A DNA stretch of 64,000 nucleotides from Vicinamibacteria bacterium (GCA_031412915.1 JANODX010000034.1:5425-69424); one strand, 5' to 3'. Positions 1 through 9,182 are shown, counted from the stretch's first letter. Numbers and translations are program-made. The notes: generated from the sequence alone by a model not told the origin.

Positions 1-366
1 TGTGCCGCCGGCCAGGCTCGGCCGGGCGCCATGCTCGCGCTCCAGAACGCGGTCATTCCGGATCGATCGGTGACGGTGTTCGCCGGCGTCGATCGTGACG
101 CGGTGGAACGGGCACGAAACCACATGAAGGGCTATGCGCCTTCCTCCCCCAGCATCGGCCTTTTCAAGGACGGCAAGCAGGTCTTCATGCTGGAGCGCAC
201 CGACCTTCAGCGATTGAACGAGCCTCAGGTCGCGGAGGCTCTGCGCCAGGCCTTCAACGCCCACTGCTCGAGAACCGGGCCTTCGATCGACGCCGAGACG
301 TTCAAGCAAATCCGGCCTTACGAGGGCTGCGGTTCGCGCATTCCGATGATGCCTGTCCGGGCCTGA
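1..366 (+). CDS. Bacilliredoxin-like thiol-disulfide oxidoreductase, YphP/YqiW (BrxA/B/C, DUF1094) family; 5' end outside window
   Basis: Frame is open from nt 1 to the TGA at 364-366. TVFAGVDRDAVERARNHM..PSSPSIGLFKDGKQVFMLER..LRQAFNAHC matches the conserved C-terminal half of Bacillus BrxA/BrxB. The CGC redox motif would lie upstream of the window. Confidence 0.7.
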   Translation, partial: CAAGQARPGAMLALQNAVIPDRSVTVFAGVDRDAVERARNHMKGYAPSSPSIGLFKDGKQVFMLERTDLQRLNEPQVAEALRQAFNAHCSRTGPSIDAETFKQIRPYEGCGSRIPMMPVRA

Positions 367-454
367 AGCAGACTTTCGGAGAATTGGCGCTCGACCCGGG
401 TCCCACGACCTTCGACCGGAACCGCTGCGGCCGCGCTGTTTGCGGGCGGGTGAA

Positions 455-844
455 TCACCCTTTCTCGACGAAGGCCCGGAGCCGGCCGAGTGCCTGGTCC
501 CACTGGTCCGAAATCTGATCCAGATAGCGGCGAGCTTCGCTCACTCGCCTCGCTTGAAGCTTCCAGACACGCTCGCGACCGGCCCGATCGCTGCGGACCA
601 AACCCGCTTCTTCAAGCGCGCACAGATGTTTGGTCACGGCCTGACGGGAGACCTTGGAACCTTCAGTCAATCGTACGATCGACAGGGGGCCGCCACCACA
701 GAGTCGAGCCACTATGTGCAGGCGCGTTTCGTCGCCGAGAGCGGCGAAGACCGGAGCGGCGCCGAACAGGGGCGCGCCCGCTGCGCGCTTCTGGGGCGAG
801 GCGCTCCGATTTCCCACCCGGGTGCGCGGGGTGAGCGCCTTCAT
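455..844 (-). CDS. ArsR/SmtB family winged-helix transcriptional regulator
   Basis: FAALGDETRLHIVARL...SIVRLTEGSKVSRQAVTKHLCALEEAGLV is a classic ArsR HTH. There is an ATGA start/stop overlap with the upstream SRPBCC gene. Confidence 0.85.
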   Translation of the reverse strand: MKALTPRTRVGNRSASPQKRAAGAPLFGAAPVFAALGDETRLHIVARLCGGGPLSIVRLTEGSKVSRQAVTKHLCALEEAGLVRSDRAGRERVWKLQARRVSEARRYLDQISDQWDQALGRLRAFVEKG

Positions 845-1335
845 GCCCTTGGCGGGAGGGTGAGGAATTTCTCGATGAGCTTGACCTGAAGCGTCCAGCC
901 GCCGTCGTTGGCGGCGAAGGCCTTCGCGCGTCGTTCCAGGGGTATCTGATCGAAGCCCGACTCGGAAATGGTCAGCAGTGTGCCGCCCGACGCTTCCTCC
1001 AACTCGAACACGATGCGTGTCGTTGGCTCAGCGGAGTAGTCGACCCCCGGCTCGACCGCGAAAGGATGCCAGCGGAAGCAGATTCTTTGCATGGGTTCGA
1101 TGCGGTCCACGAAGAAGTCGAACGCCTTTCCGGCGTAAGGCTTCTGAAGCTCGGCGACTCCTTCATCGACGGTGGTGGGGACGATGGTTCCAGTCAGGCG
1201 GGCGCCCTCGCGGAAAGGAGCGTCGAACGCCACCCCGAACCAGGCGCCAAACTGCGCGGCCTCGCTCACCGCGCTCCACACGCGTTCGCGCGGCGCCAGC
1301 AGCAGGATTTTCTTTTCAATGCGATCGGTGTTCAT
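841..1335 (-). CDS. SRPBCC superfamily protein (AHSA1/activator of Hsp90 ATPase homolog-like)
   Basis: 164 aa. The N-terminus IEKKILLLAPRERVWSAVSEAAQFGAWFG is typical of AHSA1-type SRPBCC proteins, which are commonly co-transcribed with ArsR regulators. Confidence 0.75.
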   Translation of the reverse strand: MNTDRIEKKILLLAPRERVWSAVSEAAQFGAWFGVAFDAPFREGARLTGTIVPTTVDEGVAELQKPYAGKAFDFFVDRIEPMQRICFRWHPFAVEPGVDYSAEPTTRIVFELEEASGGTLLTISESGFDQIPLERRAKAFAANDGGWTLQVKLIEKFLTLPPRA

Positions 1336-1366
1336 CTGGGGGCTCCACCTTTTTCAGAAATATTCA

Positions 1367-1428
1367 AGCAACCGAAAGGTTGCTCTTTTATAACACCCCG
1401 CCGCGCTTAGAGCAACCGAAGGGTTGCA
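1367..1428. promoter_or_regulatory. Two palindromic operator-like sites upstream of the SRPBCC-ArsR operon
   Basis: AGCAACC-GAAA-GGTTGCT (1367-1384, perfect 7-bp arms) and AGCAACC-GAAG-GGTTGCA (1411-1428, 6 of 7). They lie 32-93 nt upstream of the ATG at 1335, next to an AT-rich patch with CAATGATC repeated at 1448 and 1462. Confidence 0.55.
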
Positions 1429-1597
1429 TGTTCCGCCCCACCCGGGGCAATGATCAATAATCAATGATCCGAGAGAGGGTTTCGGCCCTTGACGGAACGA
1501 CCGATCCTCCGTAAACACGGCTGGCCGAACCTGGCCTCGATCTCCGCACAGAAAGCCTTGAACAGTCGCCGGCGTTGGTCCGGTGTCCGCCGCCGCT

Positions 1598-1625
1598 GAC
1601 GCCGGCCAGGAGCCTTGCCGGCGTC
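1598..1625 (-). terminator. Stable hairpin just downstream of the BNR-protein stop codon (candidate terminator)
   Basis: GACGCCGGC-N10-GCCGGCGTC forms a perfect 9-bp GC-rich stem 12 nt beyond the stop at 1637. No clear U-tract follows. Confidence 0.4.
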
Positions 1626-1636
1626 AGAACTCGACT

Positions 1637-4600
1637 TCAGCGGTCGTCGTCGTCGTGGTTGTGGCCGCAGGGATGGGGAGACGTACACACACTCGCCTGC
1701 GCCGTCAATGACGTGAAGGGTGTGTTCGTGATCCCGCTGACGGCGATGTCGTCGATCTCCCAGCCGGGGGCGCCGGTGGACTCATCGGCGCCGATCCGGA
1801 ACCGGATCTTGACGTCCTGGTTCGCGAAGGCCGTGCCCAGGTTCAGGGTGACAGGGGCGAAATTCGGCCACCCCACCATGCGATTCACGAAGGCCGGGCG
1901 ACTGGCGCCGATGGGAGCGATGGTGGCGACGTGGGTCAGGCCGTTATAGGGGGCGCCCGTGCCGATGTCGGCCCAGGTTGCCCCGCCGTCGGCGCTCAGC
2001 TCGACCACGCCGCCGTCCCAGCCGGCGTTCTCGAACGAGAACCGGTGCGAGAACGAAATGACCAGGGGGCCTGTCCCCACATGTAGTGTGGGCGAGACCA
2101 GGATCTGCTCATCCGGCAGGTCGGCCCTGACGCCATCGGTCTGGCCGTTGTTGTCCGGTCCCCAGAAGACCTTCCGCGTCGGGGAAAGAGCACGCTGCTG
2201 CCAGGCCCCGATATTGGGTGCGGTGGTCGGGTCGCCAAGAATCGTCCAGGCGGTGTACGCAGACTCCACCGTCTCTACAGCCGAGGACGCCGCGTTGTCG
2301 TCGTAGTTCAGACGCTGGGTCGAAACCACGTTCAAGGGACCCGGCAAACCGAGCCGGGGAGCCGAGATACTGATCTGTAGATCGGCCGCCTCTATTCCCA
2401 CGGCACCGTTCAAGGCCACCCGGATCGACCTCGAGGTTTCCTTTTGCCTGGCCAGGGCCGGGAATTCAACGACATTCCCGGACGGGAACGTCAGGTGGGG
2501 GTTGCTGGAGGCGACGGTCACGGTGACGGCCTCCAGTTCCTTGCCCTGGTTCTTCAAGGTAATGCGCAGGCGGCCGGTTTCACCGTTGTCGAGCACATCA
2601 TCGTCATCGCAGGTGTCGCGGTCGGTGAGGGTGGCACTCACGAATTCGACCTGAGGCATTTCCCAAATCCCTCGTCCATAAGTCGCGATGCGGACGAAAC
2701 CGCCGTCCGGCGGCATGTAGATGTCGTTGACGCGCACGGTGGGAAGTCCGTTGCCGTACGTTTCCCAGGTCGCTCCGCCGTCGATCGTGCGATAGATACC
2801 CACGTGGGTGCCCGCGAAAATGGTGTTCCGGGTCGCGTCTTGCGGGTCGAAGTAAACCCGAGTGACCGGCAGGTCCGGCAGGCCGGCCTGCCTCACACTG
2901 AACGTCGCGGTCGACCAGGGGTCGGTCGGATTGGCGATGGAGGCCTTGATCACGCGGATGGCGCCGGTCGCCTGGGCTACTGAGGTGATCCACAGATTCT
3001 GGTTGTCCTGCCAATTCACGTTGGTGACAAAGCCCAGGTACCCGGGAACCGCGGTCGTCAGGTTGATGTCCGTCCAGTTCGCCCCGCCATCGGTGGTGAT
3101 GTCGATGAAGCCTCCCGCCGCCCCCACCGCGATACGATTCAGGTCGGTGGGGCTCACGCCGAGGTTGTACGGACTCGAGCGGAATCGCCGCGCGGGTGGC
3201 AGGCCGGGAGAGGGCACTCCCACCGCAGATCCGATCAGGGCCCAACTCAACCCTCCGTTGACGCTTCGCCACACGCGGGCGTTCGAGAAATGGAAGAACA
3301 CGCGGCCGCTCGGGTCCAGACCCGGGGGGGCCGGAACGATCGCAGTGAAGAAACCGAAGCCCACGTCGCTCAAACCGGAAGTGGCCGCAGCCCAGTTCTG
3401 GAAGACCTCCGGGGGAGTGTTGCTGAGGTTGGTCCGCATGCTGGAGCCCTGCGCGCTGCCGATTACGGTGTTCGTATTCTCCTGGCTGTACGCGGCGCCC
3501 ATGCCGTCGCCGCCGATCACCTGGTTGTGAATGGTCCCGTTGTCGGTGCGAAGACGAGTGCCGTTGTCCTGGGTGCCGCCGATGACGAGGTTTGGGAGAG
3601 TGGGGTTGCCGGCGACCGTGTAGTACAGGTGCGTCACCAGACCGTTGTTCTTGTCGCTGCTGAACGTGGCGCCATTGTCTTCGCTGACGTTGAGTCCGCC
3701 GTCGTTGCCCAGGATGATGGTCGGCGTGCCGGTCCTCTTGAACGCCGCGGCGTGGTGGTCGGCGTGGGCGTAGGGCAGGGAGGGCACCTGGCTATAGAGC
3801 CACCAGGTCTTGATGGTCCAGCTCCCGCCTCCATCGGCGGTCCGGGCCGTACCCAGGTCGCCGCCGATCCAGACGGTATTTCGCGTCGCATCCGTCGGGT
3901 CGACCAGGATCATCTGGTTGTACCAGCACTGCCCATGGCAAATGTTCATGTCCGTCATGGTGGACGCCCCGGTCACGGGATTCGTCGGCGCCTTGGTCGA
4001 ATTCACGCCGTTGGCCACCCAGGTCTGTCCGCCGTCGGCCGAGCGATAGACGTCCCTCATCGCGGCGTCGGTCTGGGTGCTCGAATACGCGTAGACCACG
4101 TTGTCTCCGGGTACGGCGACGCCCAATGTGGTGCGGCCATTGGCGCTAAAGACACCGCCGCCGTTCGTGATGGGGACCCAGGTGGCTCCGCGATCCGTGG
4201 ACAGGTAGAGCGTCGTAGCCAGTCCGCACCGAAGGCCGACCGCCGCGACCGGGCAGGGCTGCGCCGAGGCCAGCCAACCGGCGCTGGTGCGTTCGATGCT
4301 CCACACCGACAGACCGTTGAAGGTGGCGACGGGACCGTACGTGGCGCCCTCATCGGCAGACCTGTACAGACCGTTGTCCGTGGCCACGAGGACGATGTCC
4401 AGTTTGGTGCTGGTGTCGACCTTCACGTCGCGCACGGAGACCGCGGCGCCAAGTTCGATCATCGTCTGCCATCTCTCGCCTCCGTTCTTCGACTTCACCA
4501 TCGACCCGCCCACGAGGATCTGGTCGTACGGATCGCCGAGACCGAGGTAGAGGGTGTTCGGATTCCGGCCAAAGGCGACGGAGCCGCCGCCCGTGGTCGG

Positions 4601-5119
4601 CAGATCGTCGGTCAGCACCCTCCACTTCGTGTCCGCGGCCGCCCAGTTGTTGGTCTGCCACAGGCCGCCGCCCGAGGTCAGGACATAGACGATGTTCTTG
4701 TTCGTGGGATGGGGAAGGATGGTGCGGGCCCGGCCGCTGTCGCGCACGTGGCCGGTGAAGCTTCCGTTCTGCTCATAGTCGGCGCCGGTGGGGCCGATGT
4801 TGACCCATCTCGGCCCGTTCACGCCCCTCCTGTCCTCGCGGTCTTTCCTGTCCCCATGGCCCCTCCCTTCCTTCATGGCGAGGCTGCGGAAGCCGGGAGT
4901 GACGACACCCCAGGCCCCGCGCTGCCACTCCAGCCTAGCGGTCGCGTCGTCCTGGTCGATTCCGGCTCCGTTGGCATCGGGATCTCCTCCGGTCTTGGCA
5001 ACGCTCTCCGTGGAATCCACGGGCTTGACGTCTTGTGATTGTGTCCATCCAGTCGATGCGATGCCGAAGAGGGCAGCGCTCAAAACAAGACCAAACCGGT
5101 TCGAAGAAAGTGCTCTCAT
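1637..5119 (-). CDS. Large secreted BNR/Asp-box repeat protein (sortilin-VPS10/GH74-like beta-propellers) with a C-terminal jelly-roll-like module
   Basis: Start moved to ATG 5119, where MRALSSNRFGLVLSAALFGIASTGW is a signal peptide. About ten SxDxGxTW-type Asp boxes are present (SKNGGERW, SADEGATY, STDRGATW, SADGGQTW, TADGGGSW, SEDNGATF, SVNGGLSW, TTDGGANW, TIDGGATW, SADGGATW). The C-terminus carries GWEIDDIAV. Confidence 0.8.
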   Translation of the reverse strand: MRALSSNRFGLVLSAALFGIASTGWTQSQDVKPVDSTESVAKTGGDPDANGAGIDQDDATARLEWQRGAWGVVTPGFRSLAMKEGRGHGDRKDREDRRGVNGPRWVNIGPTGADYEQNGSFTGHVRDSGRARTILPHPTNKNIVYVLTSGGGLWQTNNWAAADTKWRVLTDDLPTTGGGSVAFGRNPNTLYLGLGDPYDQILVGGSMVKSKNGGERWQTMIELGAAVSVRDVKVDTSTKLDIVLVATDNGLYRSADEGATYGPVATFNGLSVWSIERTSAGWLASAQPCPVAAVGLRCGLATTLYLSTDRGATWVPITNGGGVFSANGRTTLGVAVPGDNVVYAYSSTQTDAAMRDVYRSADGGQTWVANGVNSTKAPTNPVTGASTMTDMNICHGQCWYNQMILVDPTDATRNTVWIGGDLGTARTADGGGSWTIKTWWLYSQVPSLPYAHADHHAAAFKRTGTPTIILGNDGGLNVSEDNGATFSSDKNNGLVTHLYYTVAGNPTLPNLVIGGTQDNGTRLRTDNGTIHNQVIGGDGMGAAYSQENTNTVIGSAQGSSMRTNLSNTPPEVFQNWAAATSGLSDVGFGFFTAIVPAPPGLDPSGRVFFHFSNARVWRSVNGGLSWALIGSAVGVPSPGLPPARRFRSSPYNLGVSPTDLNRIAVGAAGGFIDITTDGGANWTDINLTTAVPGYLGFVTNVNWQDNQNLWITSVAQATGAIRVIKASIANPTDPWSTATFSVRQAGLPDLPVTRVYFDPQDATRNTIFAGTHVGIYRTIDGGATWETYGNGLPTVRVNDIYMPPDGGFVRIATYGRGIWEMPQVEFVSATLTDRDTCDDDDVLDNGETGRLRITLKNQGKELEAVTVTVASSNPHLTFPSGNVVEFPALARQKETSRSIRVALNGAVGIEAADLQISISAPRLGLPGPLNVVSTQRLNYDDNAASSAVETVESAYTAWTILGDPTTAPNIGAWQQRALSPTRKVFWGPDNNGQTDGVRADLPDEQILVSPTLHVGTGPLVISFSHRFSFENAGWDGGVVELSADGGATWADIGTGAPYNGLTHVATIAPIGASRPAFVNRMVGWPNFAPVTLNLGTAFANQDVKIRFRIGADESTGAPGWEIDDIAVSGITNTPFTSLTAQASVCTSPHPCGHNHDDDDR

Positions 5120-5444
5120 GTGACGCCTCTTGGAAAGTTGGGGGAAGTTGCGCGAGGGGAAGCGGACCCGGGTCGAAAACCGACTACTGCTGTTTGGGAT
5201 CCATGGAACATACGCCGCGTCACGGCGGTCGTCAATCACAATCTTCGGTTTTGCGATTCCATCTCTCGCGAAATCGGGACTCTCTCCAAGATACGCCCCG
5301 CCCACCCGGGTCCCCGGTCGCTGTCGTCTCGATCGGCGCGGCCACGGACTCAGGTGGTCATCTCGGGCCGGTTTCTTTCGCCGCCCACTAGAATGTGAGT
5401 TTCCAAGGGCTCCCTTCAAAAGACCGGGTCCCCACAGAGGTTCC

Positions 5445-6497
5445 ATGAAGTCCACGTTCACCATCGCGGGAAGAAAGATCGGAATCTCTGAGCCCGCTTA
5501 CGTCATCGCCGAGGCCGGGGTCAACCACGACTGCCGCCTCGAACGGGGCCAGGCTCTCATCGACACCGCGAAGGCCGCGGGTTTTGACGCGATCAAGTTC
5601 CAGAGCTACACCGCGTCGAAGATCGCCACCCGGGTGGCCCCGCGGTATTGGGTGGAGCCGCAGGATCCGAACGGGACGCAGTGGGACACCTTCGCCAAAC
5701 TCGACAAACTGAGCGACGCCGATTTCAAGACGCTGATCGGCTACGCCCGCGCCGCGGGGCTCGTCGCTTTTTCCACACCCTTCGACGATGAGGCCGTCGA
5801 CTTCCTGATCTCCCTGGATATGCCGGTGTTCAAGATCGCGTCGGCCGACCTCACCTGCAAGCCGCTTCTGGAACGGGTGGCGCGGGCGAAGAAGCCGGTG
5901 ATCCTCTCCACCGGCACGTCCACCCTGGCCGAGATCGATGAAGGGATCGAAACCCTCGCCTCGAACGGCTGCGACGAAGTCGTCCTGCTGCACTGCACCC
6001 TCAAATATCCCTGCCCGCCCGAAGGCATCAACCTGCGCATGATGACCCACCTCATGCAGGCATTCCCGGGAATCCCGGTGGGGCTCTCCGATCATTCCCT
6101 CGGGATCAGCGTGCCCCAGGCCGCGGTGGCGCTCGGCGCCTGCGTGGTCGAAAAGCATTACACCATCGACAAGACCATCCAGGGTTCGCCCGACCATCAT
6201 CTCTCCGTCGATCCCGTCGAAGGCCGGACCATGATGGACGGCATCCGCACCATCGAGAAAGCCCTCGGCAAGTCCGTGAAGGGCCTCGAGCCCCTGGAGA
6301 AAGAGGCGTTCCTGTACGCGCGCCGAAGCGTCACCTCGGCCCGGACCATCCCCGCGGGGGCCACCATCACCCGCGACATGCTCACCTACAAGCGTCCGGG
6401 CACGGGGATCTCGCCACGTCATTTCGATCTGGTGATCGGACGCACCGCGAGGCGGAACATCCCCGAAGACACGACCATAACCTGGGAGATGGTTTGA
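5445..6497 (+). CDS. NeuB-family nonulosonic acid synthase (N-acetylneuraminate/pseudaminate/legionaminate synthase, SpsE-like)
   Basis: Start moved to ATG 5445. FTIAGRKIG..PAYVIAEAGVNHD...DAIKFQSY is the NeuB N-terminus. The C-terminal SAF domain reads RRSVTSARTIPAGATITRDMLTYKRPGTGISP. Confidence 0.9.
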   Translation: MKSTFTIAGRKIGISEPAYVIAEAGVNHDCRLERGQALIDTAKAAGFDAIKFQSYTASKIATRVAPRYWVEPQDPNGTQWDTFAKLDKLSDADFKTLIGYARAAGLVAFSTPFDDEAVDFLISLDMPVFKIASADLTCKPLLERVARAKKPVILSTGTSTLAEIDEGIETLASNGCDEVVLLHCTLKYPCPPEGINLRMMTHLMQAFPGIPVGLSDHSLGISVPQAAVALGACVVEKHYTIDKTIQGSPDHHLSVDPVEGRTMMDGIRTIEKALGKSVKGLEPLEKEAFLYARRSVTSARTIPAGATITRDMLTYKRPGTGISPRHFDLVIGRTARRNIPEDTTITWEMV

Positions 6498-8191
6498 GAG
6501 TCACCGTCGTCATTCCGGCCCGGGGCGGGTCGGATCACGTTCCTTATCTCAACATCCGGCGACTGGGCGACTCCCCTCTTCTCGCCCACACCATCCGCGC
6601 CGCGAAGGAAGCCAAGGGCATCGACCGCATCATCGTTTCCACCGACGACGAGACGGTGGCGGAAATCGCGCGCGCCCACGGAGCCGAGGTTCCGTTCCTG
6701 CGGCCCAGAGAACTCTCGGGCGATCTCTCAAGCCTCATGCCGGTGGTCCGGCACGCGGTCGCCGAATCGGAGAAGGGCCACTCGCGGCCCGACGTGGTGG
6801 TCATCCTCCAGGCCACCGCCCCCTTCCGGCTGGCCCGGAGCATCGAGGAAGCGATCACGAAGATCGCCACCGGGCAGTTCACCGCCGTGGTCTCCGTGAC
6901 CTCGGATCTTTCGCTTCGGTGGAAGGCCGAAGGCGGCCGGTTGCGTCCCCTTTTCGACCGCGCCGGACGCCGCGACGAACAGGAGCCCGTCTACCTCGAG
7001 AACGGCGCGATCGTAGCCATCAAGCGCGACATCCTCGAAACCGAAGCCCGTTTCGGCGACTCCGTGGGTTTCGTCGTACTCGACAAACGCGAGGGTTTCA
7101 CCGTCCACGATCTCGAAGACTTCTGGATGGCGGAGCGATTGCTGCGCGAACCGCGCATTCTGTTCCGGGTGGACGGCAGCCGCGTGCTGGGGATGGGCCA
7201 TGTCTACCGCTCGTTGGCCGTGGCGGAGGCCCTGCGCGAAAGCTCGCGCGCGGAAATCGGGTTTCTCATGAGCGCCGATCACGCCGAGGGCATCGCCACC
7301 GTTTCCCGGAGCGGTTACCCCGTGCGCGTGTTCAAGCCGGGCGGCCTCGAGGCGCTCCTCGATTCGATTCGGGATTTTGCACCCTCCGTGGTGATCAACG
7401 ACCTGCCCCTGGTCGAGGAGACCTATTTGCGTTCTCTGGCCCACCTGGGCGCTCTCACCGTCAATCTGGTCGACACCCTCGAAGACCTCGAACGGGTTTC
7501 GCAGGACGCCCAATTCGTCATCTCCGTGATGAACGAAGACCGGGAAACGCCCGAGGGCTTCTACGGAGGACCGGCCTTCGCCATCCTGCGACGGCACTTT
7601 CAAGGCCGGGAGCGAGCTTTCCGGGAGAAGCCGGCCCGAATTCTGCTCACCTTCGGCGGGGCCGATCCTCAGTCCCTGACCCTGAAGGTGGCGAAGGCGC
7701 TCGCGCCCTTGACCAAGGACGTGGAAGTCGTCTCCGTCGCCGGTCCCGCCTTTCCCCACACTCTGGTCTTCGAGGCCTTACAGCGAACTTCGGGCTGCCA
7801 CCTCCCCTTGGTCCGAGGGGTGGACGTCCAGATCGCCGACCTGATGCTCGATGCGGATCTGGTTCTGTGTTCCGGGGGCATGTCCGTGTACGAGATCGCC
7901 GCCCTGGGCACGCCCGGCGTGGTCCTCGCTCAAAACGCCCGGGAAGATCGCCGCATGCGAGAATTCTCGCGTTTTGGAACCATCGAATACCTCGGTCTCG
8001 GCGTGGATGTGGACGAGTCGGCCATTCTCGGAACGGTCAGGCGGATCCTGACCGACCCGGGAAGGCGGCGGGCCATGAGCGCCAAGGGCCGGAGCCTGGT
8101 GGACGGTTTCGGGGCGGCGCGCGCCGCCGAGATCGTGCTGGAGCAGGCCCAGGCGGATTCGAACGGGAAAGCCCCGAAAGCAGCGTTCTAA
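6494..8191 (+). CDS. Fusion protein: acylneuraminate cytidylyltransferase-like (NeuA/PseF/SpsF) N-terminal domain plus PseG/SpsG-like (glycosyltransferase-28 C-terminal type) domain
   Basis: TTG start overlaps the neuB-like stop (TTGA). N-terminal VVIPARGGS..IIVSTDD..AEVPFLRP matches CTP_transf_3. The C-terminal half (FRVDGSRVLGMGHVYRSLAVAEAL...LLTFGGADP...CSGGMSVYEIAALGTPGVVL) resembles PseG/SpsG. Confidence 0.8.
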   Translation: MRVTVVIPARGGSDHVPYLNIRRLGDSPLLAHTIRAAKEAKGIDRIIVSTDDETVAEIARAHGAEVPFLRPRELSGDLSSLMPVVRHAVAESEKGHSRPDVVVILQATAPFRLARSIEEAITKIATGQFTAVVSVTSDLSLRWKAEGGRLRPLFDRAGRRDEQEPVYLENGAIVAIKRDILETEARFGDSVGFVVLDKREGFTVHDLEDFWMAERLLREPRILFRVDGSRVLGMGHVYRSLAVAEALRESSRAEIGFLMSADHAEGIATVSRSGYPVRVFKPGGLEALLDSIRDFAPSVVINDLPLVEETYLRSLAHLGALTVNLVDTLEDLERVSQDAQFVISVMNEDRETPEGFYGGPAFAILRRHFQGRERAFREKPARILLTFGGADPQSLTLKVAKALAPLTKDVEVVSVAGPAFPHTLVFEALQRTSGCHLPLVRGVDVQIADLMLDADLVLCSGGMSVYEIAALGTPGVVLAQNAREDRRMREFSRFGTIEYLGLGVDVDESAILGTVRRILTDPGRRRAMSAKGRSLVDGFGAARAAEIVLEQAQADSNGKAPKAAF

Positions 8192-8204
8192 AGGAAGGAA
8201 AGCA

Positions 8205-9182
8205 ATGAAGGTCTTCATCACGGGCGGCGCCGGTTTCATCGGAGGGCACCTCTCGGAGACGTTTCTGGACGCCGGGCACGATGTCGAAATCCTGGACGAC
8301 CTGTCGACGGGATCGATCGAGAACATCGAACACCTGAAGAGCCGCAAGGGCTTTTCGTACGTCATCGATACGGTCATGAACGAAGGGGTGACCGCCGAGT
8401 TGATCGACCGCGCCGACGTGGTGGTCCACCTGGCCGCCGCGGTGGGAGTGAAGCTCATCGTCGAAAGCCCGGTGCGGACGATCGAGACCAACGTGCACGC
8501 CACCGAAATCGTGCTCGCCCACGCCAACAAGAAGCGCAAGAAAGTGCTGCTGGCTTCCACCTCGGAGGTCTACGGCAAGAGCACGGATGTGCCTTTCCGC
8601 GAAGACGGCGACCTGGTGATGGGAGCCTCCATCATGGGCCGCTGGAGCTATGCGTGCAGCAAAGCCATCGACGAGTTTCTGGCCCTCGCGTATCACAAGG
8701 AGCGGAAACTTCCGGTGGTGGTCTTCCGACTCTTCAACACCGTCGGCCCGCGCCAGACCGGCCGTTACGGCATGGTCGTTCCGAATTTCGTTCGGCAGGC
8801 CCTGTCCGGCAAACCCATGACGGTTTACGGCGACGGCCTGCAACGGCGGTGCTTCACCGACGTCTCGGATGTGGTGGCGGCACTGCTGAAACTGTCGCTG
8901 GCCGACGAGGCGGTGGGTCAGGTGATCAACATCGGCAACGATGCCCAGGAAATTTCGATCATGGACCTCGCGAAGCTCGTCCGGAAGAAGACCAAGTCCT
9001 CGAGCGAAATCGTTCTCGTGCCCTATGCCCAGGCCTACGAGGAGGGCTTTGAAGACATGCCGCGCCGCGTCCCCGATCTCACCAAGATCAAGAAGCTCAT
9101 CGGGTACGAACCCAAGATCGGTCTGGACGGAACCCTCGACGGGATCATCGAGCACTTCATGACCGACCAGGGACGCGTCTGA
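8205..9182 (+). CDS. NAD-dependent epimerase/dehydratase (extended SDR, UDP-sugar epimerase/decarboxylase-like)
   Basis: MKVFITGGAGFIGGHL Rossmann motif, catalytic YACSK (YxxxK), 325 aa. Confidence 0.85.
   Translation: MKVFITGGAGFIGGHLSETFLDAGHDVEILDDLSTGSIENIEHLKSRKGFSYVIDTVMNEGVTAELIDRADVVVHLAAAVGVKLIVESPVRTIETNVHATEIVLAHANKKRKKVLLASTSEVYGKSTDVPFREDGDLVMGASIMGRWSYACSKAIDEFLALAYHKERKLPVVVFRLFNTVGPRQTGRYGMVVPNFVRQALSGKPMTVYGDGLQRRCFTDVSDVVAALLKLSLADEAVGQVINIGNDAQEISIMDLAKLVRKKTKSSSEIVLVPYAQAYEEGFEDMPRRVPDLTKIKKLIGYEPKIGLDGTLDGIIEHFMTDQGRV

Noticed and set aside
1461-1688. 75-aa Arg-rich minus-strand ORF between the BNR gene and the SRPBCC operon
   Set aside because: It overlaps the 3' end of the BNR gene by about 50 nt. 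Its composition is shadow-like (RRRRP, RRQRRR), and it spans the terminator-like hairpin. There is no supporting motif.
1637-5119. Calling the BNR-repeat protein a sialidase because it neighbours NeuB-like genes
   Set aside because: Asp boxes alone are not diagnostic. I could not find the FRIP/RIP motif or identify an Arg triad by eye. I kept it as a generic BNR/VPS10/GH74-like propeller protein.
5130-5444. N-terminal extensions of track ORFs, for example 105 extra codons on the NeuB-like gene. Similar extensions occur at 13424..15127, 16210..17361, 19284..20672, 35665..37185, 37807..38838, 40126..41094, 48467..50176 and 52763..55645
   Set aside because: The extensions are Arg/Pro/Gly-rich and overlap neighbouring genes or intergenic DNA. 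The conserved family N-termini, signal peptides or coupled start/stop overlaps occur at internal start codons.
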